Positions 48,530 through 58,252 are shown, numbered from the stretch's first letter. The stretch: DNA of 64,000 bases from an uncultured Methanolinea sp. (GCA_964452625.1 CAYVMJ010000001.1:489914-553913), one strand, 5' to 3'. The notes: generated by a model not told the origin, from the letters alone. Numbers and translations are program-made.

Positions 48530-49498
48530 ATGAGACTTCACCGGCTTTACGGACTGACCGTTGCAAGCGATTTTCCTTTCAAAAACAGGTTTCCCGGAGG
48601 GTCGGGAAGCCCCGATGTTACTTTTACGTGCAGGAAGAGGCCTCCAGTTCCGGATCATTGGCAGAATACAACGCCATTATTTGCGTCCGGAATGAAATCA
48701 GAACGTGGGGAGAGCATCCTCTCCATCTTCAGGACCGATGGATATCATGTTGCACATTATCCCGGGTTGGTTGATTTTTATATCTGGCCTGATCGAATCA
48801 CTGCACACCTGTGTGACACCTCGCATGACTATCTGGTTGAAATTTACCTCATTGGAGATATCTTCTCCCTCTGGCTTGAACTCCATGGAATTCCCGCAAT
48901 CCATGCATCATCAGTGGTGATCGATGGTCAGGCGATCGGCTTCCTCTCATCCAATAAAGGTGGGAAAAGCGCACTTGCCGCAGCGTTATTGAAGAAAGGA
49001 TATCCCCTCCTTACCGATGATATCCTCCCGATTGAGAAAAGGGATGGCATATATTTTGGCCGGCCCGGGTATCCCCAGATGCGGATGTGGCCGGATGAAG
49101 CCGGTTTTTTTCTTGGAGGCTATGAGGATCTCGATATTGTTCATCCCAGGTATTCCAAACGCAGAATACCGGTAGGGGGGAAGGGATTCGGATCATTTTA
49201 TAGCGATTCAATTCCGATTGGAGCACTCTATATCCCGGAACGGCAGGATCATTGCGAGAATATTGGAATTAAACCGATATCACAAAAAGACGCATTCATC
49301 GAGATGATTCGCCATTCATTCTCGGTCAGCATCGTCGAAGCCCTCGAGCTCCAGGTTCCCCGGATGCAGTTCTTTTCAGGTCTGGTTCAGAACGTTCCCG
49401 TACGACGGTTCATGTACCCTTCAGGATTTTCTCACCTCTCTGATGTTGCGGATACCCTGGTCGATGATATCAGGTCAATAGAACCAAAAATGCAATAA
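48530..49498 (+). CDS. HPr-kinase/phosphorylase C-domain-like P-loop protein (candidate RiPP/lasso-peptide kinase)
   Basis: GFLSSNKGGKSALAAALLKKGYPLLTDD matches the HprK P-loop/DD region. Confidence 0.6.
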   Translation: MRLHRLYGLTVASDFPFKNRFPGGSGSPDVTFTCRKRPPVPDHWQNTTPLFASGMKSERGESILSIFRTDGYHVAHYPGLVDFYIWPDRITAHLCDTSHDYLVEIYLIGDIFSLWLELHGIPAIHASSVVIDGQAIGFLSSNKGGKSALAAALLKKGYPLLTDDILPIEKRDGIYFGRPGYPQMRMWPDEAGFFLGGYEDLDIVHPRYSKRRIPVGGKGFGSFYSDSIPIGALYIPERQDHCENIGIKPISQKDAFIEMIRHSFSVSIVEALELQVPRMQFFSGLVQNVPVRRFMYPSGFSHLSDVADTLVDDIRSIEPKMQ

Positions 49499-49608
49499 AT
49501 TGAATCCTATTCCCGGATATTTAAAAATGTAAATCTAGAAATGGAATTGATAAGATATATGGTTCCCTGTATCATCCTCATCATATATTTTTGTAAGGGG
49601 ACGTCTAG

Positions 49609-51447
49609 ATGACAGAAGTACCGCCTCCACCAGCAGGAATACGTGATCTCGGCCAGAGGATACATACCCTGTTTGGTATCCGGCGGGCTGTCGCCATGGT
49701 CTGGGCAAGTGCACCGGGCTGGACCATTGCAGGCGGAATCCTGATCGTCCTCCAGGGGATCCTTCCGCTGGCCACACTCTACCTGTTGAAGCTCATCATT
49801 GATGCAGTCACAACAGGTACTACAACGGGTCACGTGGAGGGATCATTTGGGACCATACTCCCCTTGCTTGTCGTTTTTTGCGTCCTCCTCCTGATTACAA
49901 TTTTTACCCGATCACTCTCGGGTTATGTGAGCGAAGCCCAGTCTCGGTATACTACAGATCATGCACAGGAGATCATCCATGCCAAGTCCATAGAGGTCGA
50001 CCTTGAATATTACGAGAATCCTTCCTATTATGACGCGTTTTACCGGGCCCAGGCAGAAGCACCGGCAAGGCCTACCAGAATCGTTAATGGACTGGTCCAG
50101 GTTGGCCAGAGCACGATTACCCTGTGCGCAACGCTCATCATACTCATATCTTTCAGCTGGACTCTTGCAGCCCTGCTGCTCGTTGCCATAGTGCCGGTTG
50201 CTTATATCCGCTGGAAATACGCGGATATCGAATACCAGTGGAGGAAAAGCAGGACTTCGAAGGAGAGGGAGTCGTTTTATTTTCACTGGCTTCTCACCGG
50301 AGAGGGCCATGCAAAAGAGATCCGGCTCTTCAACCTGGGAGAGAGATTCGCACAACGCTATCGGCAACTCCGGGCTCAAGTGAGGCAGGAACACCTGTCG
50401 ATATCGAGGAAAAAGGTGATTGCGGATATTGCCGCACAATCGGTAGCAGTCCTCGCGCTTTTTGTTTCGTTTCTTTTTATCGCGTACAAAACCATCGAGG
50501 GAAGTATTTCCCTCGGCGACCTCGTTTTGTATTTTGGCCTTATCCAGCAGAGCCAGTCGTATATGAACACGCTGCTTTCAGGCCTCGCAGGCCTCTACGA
50601 AGATACGATATTCCTGACAAACATATATGAGTTCCTTGATCTCCACCCGAAGGTGAAAGAACCCGAGCATCCGCTTCAGATCCCTGTTCCTGTGACGAGA
50701 GGCATCTCGTTCGAACATGTCGATTTCCGGTATCCCGGATCGGAATCCCTCACACTTACAGATATCAACATCACGATACCAGCGGGCAAGACTGTCGCCC
50801 TTGTTGGAGAGAATGGTTCCGGGAAGACCACCCTGATAAAACTCCTCTGCAGGCTCTATGACCCTGAATCAGGGAGGATCACCCTTGATGGCACCGATAT
50901 CCGCATGTTCAGGACTCTCGACCTGCGAAAAGAGATCAGCATCATTTTCCAGGACTATGCCAGGTATAACCTGACAGCACGGGAAAATATCGCAATCGGG
51001 AGCAGGGAACAATTGGTGGATGATGAGGATGTAACAAGAGCGGCGGAGGCATCCGGAGCAGACTCCGTGATCAATCAACTGGACCAGAGTTACGAGACAA
51101 TTCTTGGGAAAATGTTCGAGAAAGGGGCGGAACTCTCGATCGGGGAATGGCAAAAAATTGCACTGGCAAGGGCATTCATCCGGGATGCACAACTCATTGT
51201 CATGGATGAACCGACGAGTTCCCTCGACCCTCTTGCCGAGGCCGAGGTCCTTAAACAGTTAAAGAAGATCTCCGAAGGTCGCACTACAGTCATCATCAGC
51301 CACAGGCTCTCGTCGGTCAAGGCAGCGGATATTATTTATTATCTGGATGGAGGGAGAGTAGTTGAAATGGGGACTCATGATGAACTTATTAATGTAAAAG
51401 GATCTTATGCACATTTGTATGAGACCCAGGCCCGGCAATACAAATAA
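49609..51447 (+). CDS. ABC exporter, fused permease plus ATPase (McjD-like RiPP exporter)
   Basis: Six N-terminal TM helices. Walker A is GENGSGKTT, the signature is LSIGEWQ and Walker B is LIVMDEPTS. Confidence 0.8.
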   Translation: MTEVPPPPAGIRDLGQRIHTLFGIRRAVAMVWASAPGWTIAGGILIVLQGILPLATLYLLKLIIDAVTTGTTTGHVEGSFGTILPLLVVFCVLLLITIFTRSLSGYVSEAQSRYTTDHAQEIIHAKSIEVDLEYYENPSYYDAFYRAQAEAPARPTRIVNGLVQVGQSTITLCATLIILISFSWTLAALLLVAIVPVAYIRWKYADIEYQWRKSRTSKERESFYFHWLLTGEGHAKEIRLFNLGERFAQRYRQLRAQVRQEHLSISRKKVIADIAAQSVAVLALFVSFLFIAYKTIEGSISLGDLVLYFGLIQQSQSYMNTLLSGLAGLYEDTIFLTNIYEFLDLHPKVKEPEHPLQIPVPVTRGISFEHVDFRYPGSESLTLTDINITIPAGKTVALVGENGSGKTTLIKLLCRLYDPESGRITLDGTDIRMFRTLDLRKEISIIFQDYARYNLTARENIAIGSREQLVDDEDVTRAAEASGADSVINQLDQSYETILGKMFEKGAELSIGEWQKIALARAFIRDAQLIVMDEPTSSLDPLAEAEVLKQLKKISEGRTTVIISHRLSSVKAADIIYYLDGGRVVEMGTHDELINVKGSYAHLYETQARQYK

Positions 51448-51507
51448 AATGACTGAACTTATTTGAATAAAAAATAAGTGATTTGGCAGGTTTTTTTTAT
51501 TTTGCAA

Positions 51508-51570
51508 GGAGAATCAGAATTGATTTTCACTATATAAAAGACAGGTACGCAAAGGATGAAAAAGAACATT
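51508..51570 (+). repeat. Conserved 63-nt element upstream of Cys-rich precursor 1, containing the mini-ORF MKKNIVSI at 51556-51582
   Basis: About 90% identical to 52083-52145 (GGAGAATCAGAATTGATTTTSACTATA..AAAGACAG.TACGCAAAGGATGAAAAARAACATT). Confidence 0.5.
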
Positions 51571-51712
51571 GTTTCAATCTAAAAAATTTTTAAAAAATAA
51601 ACCATTTTTTTAATCAATCAGTAAACTTTTCGTTTTTCCAATAAATTCTATAACTCCAATTTGAAAAGAAAAACAGGTAGGTATAAATACTCGGATAGAA
51701 ATCAACTAACAT

Positions 51713-51928
51713 ATGGTTCTGAGGGTATATGAAAAACCGGAATTGATAGACCTTAACGAACAACCAGGATATGGTTCCTGCGAAAATGGGAGTGGAGATC
51801 CCGGGTGTAATAACGGCAATGCGGCGGGGGAGGTCTGCCTAGCAGGAACAGGGGGAGCAAGAGTTACATACTGTGTGGGTGGATTGGGTGATGCCACTGG
51901 TTGTATCGCGGGAGAAGGTGGCGATTAA
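51713..51928 (+). CDS. Cys/Gly-rich RiPP precursor-like peptide 1 (71 aa)
   Basis: Translated as MVLRVYEKPELIDLNEQPGYGSCENGSGDPGCNNGNAAG followed by EVCLAGTGGARVTYCVGGLGDATGCIAGEGGD. The first 39 aa are identical to the paralog at 52303. Confidence 0.6.
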   Translation: MVLRVYEKPELIDLNEQPGYGSCENGSGDPGCNNGNAAGEVCLAGTGGARVTYCVGGLGDATGCIAGEGGD

Positions 51929-52082
51929 TAATTATGTTCATTTTTCATCCTCTTTAGAAAACCTCAATGAAATAAAATCGTAGGTGTCCTTGGATAATAC
52001 AGACAACCATTTTCGATAATTTCCATCTTCCGGATGAGAAAGACTCTTAATATAAAATCGCAGGCCGTACTTTCATTTCAGT

Positions 52083-52145
52083 GGAGAATCAGAATTGATT
52101 TTGACTATACCAAAGACAGTTACGCAAAGGATGAAAAAAAACATT
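52083..52145 (+). repeat. Second copy of the conserved 63-nt element, with the mini-ORF MKKNIFQ at 52131-52154
   Basis: See 51508-51570. Confidence 0.5.
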
Positions 52146-52302
52146 TTCCAGTAAGTATTGTCTAATTAAAGTCTGGAATACCATTTTTGCTGATCATGCA
52201 GAGGGTTACTATTCTCTATAGTTATTCAACTGATTCAAATACTCCCTGTTGATGGAAAAATATAGGAAATCTTAAATACCACGATCGAGGTCAATGATAG
52301 TT

Positions 52303-52527
52303 ATGGTTCTGAGGGTATATGAAAAACCGGAATTGATAGACCTTAACGAACAACCGGGATATGGTTCCTGTGAAAATGGAAGTGGGGATCCCGGGTGTAA
52401 TAACGGGAATGCAGCTGGGACGGTTTGCTTCGATGGGGCGGGTGGCATTCCTACAGGGACCAACTGTCTCGCAGGAGGTGCGGCAAATTATCACTGCGAT
52501 TCAGGCTCTTCCGGGTATGATTTTTAG
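52303..52527 (+). CDS. Cys/Gly-rich RiPP precursor-like peptide 2 (74 aa)
   Basis: Same 39-aa leader as peptide 1, then a divergent core TVCFDGAGGIPTGTNCLAGGAANYHCDSGSSGYDF. The leader-coding DNA is about 95% identical between the two genes. Confidence 0.6.
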   Translation: MVLRVYEKPELIDLNEQPGYGSCENGSGDPGCNNGNAAGTVCFDGAGGIPTGTNCLAGGAANYHCDSGSSGYDF

Positions 52528-52718
52528 AGATAACATTTTTTATGTTAAGACACATTCATTATGTCTCTCTAATTGAATGAATATCTCACATTAAAGCCAA
52601 TGAGTCATCAATTCTATCATCATTGAAGTCCATTTTTTATCTATGCATTAAAATATGGCTGTATCATTTAATCAATGAAAATGAATTTTCTGTACTATTG
52701 AATATCTCCAGTCCTCTT

Positions 52719-53834
52719 TCAGCAGCGCCCTGCAATCCTCCGCGACTCCGGGAAGAGACCCGATTGGAAAGCTGATCGGCAAAACCAGTAATCCGAGAAG
52801 AGATCTCCGGACGTATAATAGTTCTGGGCGATACAGGACCCAAGGCAGCGCCACTTCATCACACACTCCTGGCAGATCCCCTGCATCTCCCGCGGCAATT
52901 TTTCCCGTATCTCTTTCAGTACTGGAGTTTCTTTCCAGATTTTTTCAAGGGGATCCACCCTGGCATCCCCGAATACCATCGACGGAGTCGATTCCCCTAT
53001 CCCGCAGAGGGCATACTTACCACTGGAAAGAACACCAAGGATGTTGAAGATCCCACATACACCGCAGTCTACTCCGGCATTCCGGAAGAGCGAACTCATT
53101 GGACGGAACGCCATCGGGAGGCTCGTGAAGATGCGAATTTTGGCATTCTTCTGGAAGTCTTTCTCCATCCAGTTCCCCAGATCGATGAGTTCCGGGACCG
53201 AGAGTGTCTCGTTCCGTGTATGCATCACTTTTCCGCGTTCGGTGGGCTGAACGAAATTGAACTTGATGGATTTTGCTCCAAGGTCTTTTGCGAGTGCTGC
53301 AACATCGGGGATATCGTCTTTATTGGCCCGCATCACCGTCATGATAATCTGAAGGGGGATCTTTGCTTCTGACACCAGTCTCGCTCCTTCACAGGCTTTT
53401 TCGAAAGACCCCTGTACACCCCTTATGTGCTCGTGGTTTTCAGCCAGCCCGTCAATGGAGACTGATACAAAGGGAGCAACGCATTCGCTCACGATTTTTG
53501 CGATATCAGGAGTAATGCATAACCCGTTGGTCTCAATTTTCAATCCGATATGCTGGTCGCGTATAAACTGAAGAATCCCGGTGATTTCGGGGTGAATAAG
53601 TGGTTCTCCCCCCGTCAGTTTCACAGAAGACAGCCCTAAATGTTTTGCCTGATCGATAATATGATGAAACAGGGGAATATCGAGTGCTCTGGTGCTGACC
53701 CCCTGTTTCTGGTATGTCGGGGAAATCCAGCAGTGACGGCAGGCAAGATTACAATCACCGCACAGATAGAAATACAGGGTATTAAGCTGAGGGATTGCCT
53801 TTATTTTCTGCTCTGATGGCTCCGGGTTCATCAT
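52719..53834 (-). CDS. Radical SAM/SPASM-domain peptide-modifying enzyme (ScmE/ScmF-like)
   Basis: CGDCNLACRHC radical-SAM cluster motif. The C-terminal SPASM Cys cluster is CGVCG...CQECVMKWRCLGSC. Confidence 0.75.
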   Translation of the reverse strand: MMNPEPSEQKIKAIPQLNTLYFYLCGDCNLACRHCWISPTYQKQGVSTRALDIPLFHHIIDQAKHLGLSSVKLTGGEPLIHPEITGILQFIRDQHIGLKIETNGLCITPDIAKIVSECVAPFVSVSIDGLAENHEHIRGVQGSFEKACEGARLVSEAKIPLQIIMTVMRANKDDIPDVAALAKDLGAKSIKFNFVQPTERGKVMHTRNETLSVPELIDLGNWMEKDFQKNAKIRIFTSLPMAFRPMSSLFRNAGVDCGVCGIFNILGVLSSGKYALCGIGESTPSMVFGDARVDPLEKIWKETPVLKEIREKLPREMQGICQECVMKWRCLGSCIAQNYYTSGDLFSDYWFCRSAFQSGLFPESRRIAGRC

Positions 53835-54967
53835 TTCGAGCGCTCCAGGCTATCAGACCCGTTTTTATACAAATAGATTATCTCGCCTCCTGATTCGAGA
53901 TATCTCCTCAGGCAGTTTTCAGGGTTTGGTGCGAATACCGTTCCGGTCAGGTTATACCCGACACCCGGGCAATTCCCTGTACAATAGGTTTGGTACAGGC
54001 AGTCCCTGCAATAGGGGAAATCCGATAAGGGTATCTCCCTTCGGTTTCGCAGACGCTCCAGCTCGGGGTGATGCTGCCATACTTCTTTTAGAGAATCGTC
54101 ATTGATATGTCCGAGCATGATATGAGCGAGGTGGCTGCAGGGGACGATCACTCCATCCGCCCTTACGGTGATTTTACTCCACAGGCACCCGCATCCGACA
54201 AGATAGCCGGCCCATCCCGGCTCATTATTTTTCCGTGCCTTTTCCATCTTCGCATACATTTTTGCATCCGCAAAAGGACCGGCAGCAGCGGTGATACGCC
54301 CCGGATATTTTTGATCTAACTGAAGAAGACTTCTCATTGCATGGACTTTCTCATCAATAGTCAGCTGCACTTCATCCGAATGCTTCATGGAGAGTCCCAT
54401 GAACGAGACATAGTTCGTACTGAATCCCGGGATCCCTATCTCTTCAAGGAGGAAGCGGGCGATTTCTTCGAGTGTGTCATAATTTTCCTTGTGAACGGTA
54501 ACACGGACCGTCACAGGGACTCCTTCCTCCTGGAGGATTCTTAATCCGGCGACCGCTTTTTCAAAAACACCTTCACCCCTGAAAGAATCGTGGACGGCAG
54601 GAGTTGCACCGTCGATGGACACCTGCACATAATTACAACGGCGGGTTGCAGCAATCATCCTGGCAAGGTCCCGTGTTATTCTTGTTCCATTTGTCAGAAT
54701 GGAAAATCTCATCCTGTTCCGGACTATCCCATCGATCAGTTCCAGAATATCATCACGAAGAAGGGCTTCACCCCCGGTAAGGGTGGCATTCATCACTCCC
54801 AAATCACCCAATTCCTTGAAGAATGTAAGCCATTCAGAAGTCGGTAAATCCCTGGTGACATCGCCCGGGCTGGTGAAGTGGGAGCAATAGCGGCAGCGGA
54901 GATTACAGGCATTGGTGATCTCGATATCGATCTCCCGGGGAGTCTTCATAAGGGCCAGGGGTTTCAT
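53831..54967 (-). CDS. Radical SAM/SPASM-domain peptide-modifying enzyme (second paralog)
   Basis: CNLRCRYC motif. C-terminal SPASM Cys cluster (CGCLW...CSHL...CRDC...CTGNC). It overlaps the downstream rSAM gene by 4 nt. Confidence 0.75.
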   Translation of the reverse strand: MKPLALMKTPREIDIEITNACNLRCRYCSHFTSPGDVTRDLPTSEWLTFFKELGDLGVMNATLTGGEALLRDDILELIDGIVRNRMRFSILTNGTRITRDLARMIAATRRCNYVQVSIDGATPAVHDSFRGEGVFEKAVAGLRILQEEGVPVTVRVTVHKENYDTLEEIARFLLEEIGIPGFSTNYVSFMGLSMKHSDEVQLTIDEKVHAMRSLLQLDQKYPGRITAAAGPFADAKMYAKMEKARKNNEPGWAGYLVGCGCLWSKITVRADGVIVPCSHLAHIMLGHINDDSLKEVWQHHPELERLRNRREIPLSDFPYCRDCLYQTYCTGNCPGVGYNLTGTVFAPNPENCLRRYLESGGEIIYLYKNGSDSLERSK

Positions 54968-54974
54968 CTGTCAC

Positions 54975-55250
54975 CTATCCTTCTTTAAATGAAATGAAGT
55001 TATTTTGTATCAGCCGATCGAGAAAATCGCTGATATCCTTGATGATCTCAGTGTAATCCTTATCAAAAGTGTGAGCAATATACAGAGAAATTTTTTCAAG
55101 GGAGCTAGTCCCGTCCATGTGTTTCCATACCATCACACCTGTAGGATTGATACCGAATACTCTTCCTGTATCCGGGTCGAATAAGAGGGCCCAGTCATCG
55201 AATTCCTCCCTGATAACAATATTGGGATTTTTTAATGGAATTTTTTCCAT
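54975..55250 (-). CDS. PqqD-family protein (RRE) of the rSAM cassette
   Basis: WALLFDPDTGRVFGINPTGVMVWKHMDG is PqqD-like. Start is placed at the internal MEKIPLK. The ORF extends to 55343. Confidence 0.65.
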   Translation of the reverse strand: MEKIPLKNPNIVIREEFDDWALLFDPDTGRVFGINPTGVMVWKHMDGTSSLEKISLYIAHTFDKDYTEIIKDISDFLDRLIQNNFISFKEG

Positions 55251-55379
55251 GGAAGAAGAACCTGTCATTACTAATGAATGCGATGAAGAATACATAAAAA
55301 TTATGAATAATAAGGAATTATTTCCCTTTGATATTTTCATCATAAGATATCAATACACGACAATCCAGGGTATGCTCGT

Positions 55380-56036
55380 ATGTATGAAGGGAGTATTGTA
55401 ATCCGCTATACCGGTTGGAGCATGTATCCTACATTTTTCCCCCATGACCTGTTGACCTGCAGGGCCACTTCGGTTCATTCCCTTCACCGTGGTGATATTG
55501 TTGTGGTCAGATCGAAGAAATCAATTCCCGAACACATGACTGTCCACCGGGTTTGTGAAATTAAAGAGGGAAAGATCATTACCAGAGGAGACAATACCGA
55601 TCGACCCGATGAAGATCCTGTCACACCTGATAATTTTGTGGGAGTCGTGGTAAGGGCAAAAAGAAGAGAAAAGGAGTTCCCTGTGCGTTCAGGCGGCACA
55701 GGATACGCCAGGCATTATCTCCTGATTCTGAAAAAGGCATTATTCAAGTCAACGGGACCTGTAATATTGCAATTGGAAAAATTGGGGGATGTACGGCAAC
55801 CCATGAAGCACCTGATCCCACGCATTGTCCCGGGAAAAATCATTGGTATCCGGACGCCGGGAGGAATCGATCTCCAACTCTTTTTCCATAATATTCTCAT
55901 AGGATGGTTGTTGTTCAATGGTCCATCCTGGTATATACGGCCAATATTTCGGCCTTTTGTGGATTCACACTCTCTGCCGGAGAGTTATCGATCAGTCTTT
56001 CCTGGTTTCAATCCGGATGGAGGGGAATTCATCTGA
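55380..56036 (+). CDS. S26/S24-type signal-peptidase-like serine protease (candidate leader peptidase)
   Basis: GWSMYPT matches the SGSMxPT nucleophile motif of type I signal peptidases, and GDIVVV follows. Confidence 0.55.
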   Translation: MYEGSIVIRYTGWSMYPTFFPHDLLTCRATSVHSLHRGDIVVVRSKKSIPEHMTVHRVCEIKEGKIITRGDNTDRPDEDPVTPDNFVGVVVRAKRREKEFPVRSGGTGYARHYLLILKKALFKSTGPVILQLEKLGDVRQPMKHLIPRIVPGKIIGIRTPGGIDLQLFFHNILIGWLLFNGPSWYIRPIFRPFVDSHSLPESYRSVFPGFNPDGGEFI

Positions 56037-56073
56037 AGAGTTCTGTTTCAGTATCGATTCCCTCCCCGGAAGC

Positions 56074-57253
56074 ATTGCGGAAGTACTGCAAAAATTATTT
56101 TCCTTCCGAAAAAAATGGTTTCCAGATACTGGATGCACCTGATGCATTTCTCTCGTGGTTGCTGGGAATATTACATCGAGTCCCTGTACCTGCACCATCA
56201 CTCACCGATGAAGAATGGAATCAGGTCATGAACTTGCTGGGACCTCATGGCATAATACCCTACCTCTCGTACCTGCTGAGCGCGATGCCTCCTTTCTGCC
56301 ATCCGCCCAGCCATATCAGGAGGGTGTTTGCCGTCCAGTATCTCAAGAGCAGTTTTCATTCGGATCAGGCCATGAAACAGGCTGAGAATGTCTGTATGGC
56401 CTGTGAGAAGAACGGAATACATGTGCTGGTCCTGAAGAGTCCCGCGATTGGCCATGCATACTACCCCGAACCGGGTCTTCGAACGGGGAGCGACATCGAT
56501 ATCCTCGTGGCTCCGGAACAGTATGAACAATGCAGGGGGGTATTGTGCAATCTTGGCTATGATCTCAGATATGATACCTATCGGATCATGCCCCGGTTCT
56601 ATCATCACGCATGCTATTATCCCCGGAAAAAAAACCAGCAGGTGATCGAACTGCACTGGAGGCCTTTGTTCCTTCCGGGACCTGGTGACAGTGTCGACCC
56701 CGTTGAACTGATTGCCAGGTCGGAAAGAATCCAGACCCCCCATGGACATATTCAAAGACTCGACCCTGCAGATGCGCTCCTGTACTTGTCAATCCACATG
56801 AGCCTTTTTCATGAGCCCGTGCTCAGAATCTCGTGGGTATGCGATATTGAACGCATCTGTGAGTATATTACATCCCATGCTCTCTGGCCAAGGGTGAAAG
56901 AGCGGAGTGAAATATGGCAGGGAAGAAGTGCGGTTGAGAGGGCATTAGGTATTGCACAGCAATGGACAGGGTTGACGCTCCCGGATGAGTATGATCTCTC
57001 CTCATGGCCAGGGGCTGGGGCTGATGATGAGTATGCACGCACCCACATGCAGGAAAGACGTGCCGGGAAGGAGCTTCTCCTTCACCAGATTATTGCCCGG
57101 ATGCCCACCTTTTCCTTAAAGGTACGGGCCATGTATCACTGGGCCTTCAGGCCTGACCTGATACACGATGGTTTTCCCTCGATGAAATGGTGGGAATATC
57201 CTATAAGATATGCCCAGATGTTTCACAATAATTATCAACAAATCCGTCGATAA
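56074..57253 (+). CDS. Nucleotidyltransferase-family protein (NTP_transf_5-like). Start is uncertain.
   Basis: GIHVLVLKSPAIGHAYYPEPGLRTGSDIDILV matches the uncharacterised nucleotidyltransferase family often found in RiPP clusters. The frame is open from 55904 and overlaps the peptidase. A TTG at about 56074 or the ATG at 56225 are candidate starts. Confidence 0.5.
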
Positions 57254-57280
57254 AGTGGAAGTAAATATCTTCAAGAATCT

Positions 57281-58252
57281 TTGGATGTTTCACCGCTCAA
57301 AGATATGCCACCCAAATTTCTGTTACACTCAAATGCGCAGTCTGCTGGAAAAATGGTAATGACCGAAAAGACACCGATTTCATCTGTTTACTCATTATCT
57401 CTTTCAAATGGGCATTCCTGGGATATACATGCAGATATAAATCTCGAAAAGTGGCTGTTGAATTTTGCGACAATCCTTGGCCTGTCACAAACACTACCCA
57501 GAGATGGTGTGAGTGATTTTTACATTACACTTGAGGAAAGTGTCGAAGAAAATCTTTCAATTGGAACCTGGCAGGAACTTCCAAACAGGTATGTCAGGAT
57601 ATTCCTCTCCAATAAGAACCGGGACATCGTCTGTATCCCGAACAGGGAGTTCCTCACATCACGTCTCGATGAAACTGTATTAATGCTGTTTGTGATGCAG
57701 GCAATATACGCATCAGAGATATCAAGCGGGGGTCTTCCGCTTCATGCAGCGATGGTGCACTGGAATGAATGCGGGATACTCCTTGCAGGACAGGGAGGTA
57801 TTGGGAAATCAACCTGTGCCATGAGGCTTCCCCTCCCCTGGCAGGCAATATCTGATGACACGTGCCTCGCGGTTTATTCGGGCGAAAATACCTTTTCCAT
57901 GCATCCTATGCCCACCTGGAGTGTCTTTTTTGATTATCAGGACTGGGAAGCATCCTGGAAGGTGGAAAAATCATTCCCGATACAATTGATTTGTTTTCTT
58001 GAACGCGGTGCCTCAGATGAGATTATCGCCCTCGGGAGCGGGGAAGCAGCGGCATGCCTGTATCAATCTGCACTACAGGTCTGGCGGGGAACACACTCTA
58101 CACCCAGCGCCCCGGACCTGCATCAGCAATGGGTGAAAAGAATATTTCAAAACTCATGTTCACTCTCTCACATGATACCCTCAGCAAGACTCAAATTCAC
58201 AAAAGAGGGGCGTTTCTGGGAGAAAATTGAAACTTTTCTGGGTATAACCTAG
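57281..58252 (+). CDS. Second HPr-kinase C-domain-like P-loop protein
   Basis: GILLAGQGGIGKSTCAMRLPLPWQAISDD matches the HprK P-loop/DD region. Confidence 0.6.
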   Translation: MDVSPLKDMPPKFLLHSNAQSAGKMVMTEKTPISSVYSLSLSNGHSWDIHADINLEKWLLNFATILGLSQTLPRDGVSDFYITLEESVEENLSIGTWQELPNRYVRIFLSNKNRDIVCIPNREFLTSRLDETVLMLFVMQAIYASEISSGGLPLHAAMVHWNECGILLAGQGGIGKSTCAMRLPLPWQAISDDTCLAVYSGENTFSMHPMPTWSVFFDYQDWEASWKVEKSFPIQLICFLERGASDEIIALGSGEAAACLYQSALQVWRGTHSTPSAPDLHQQWVKRIFQNSCSLSHMIPSARLKFTKEGRFWEKIETFLGIT

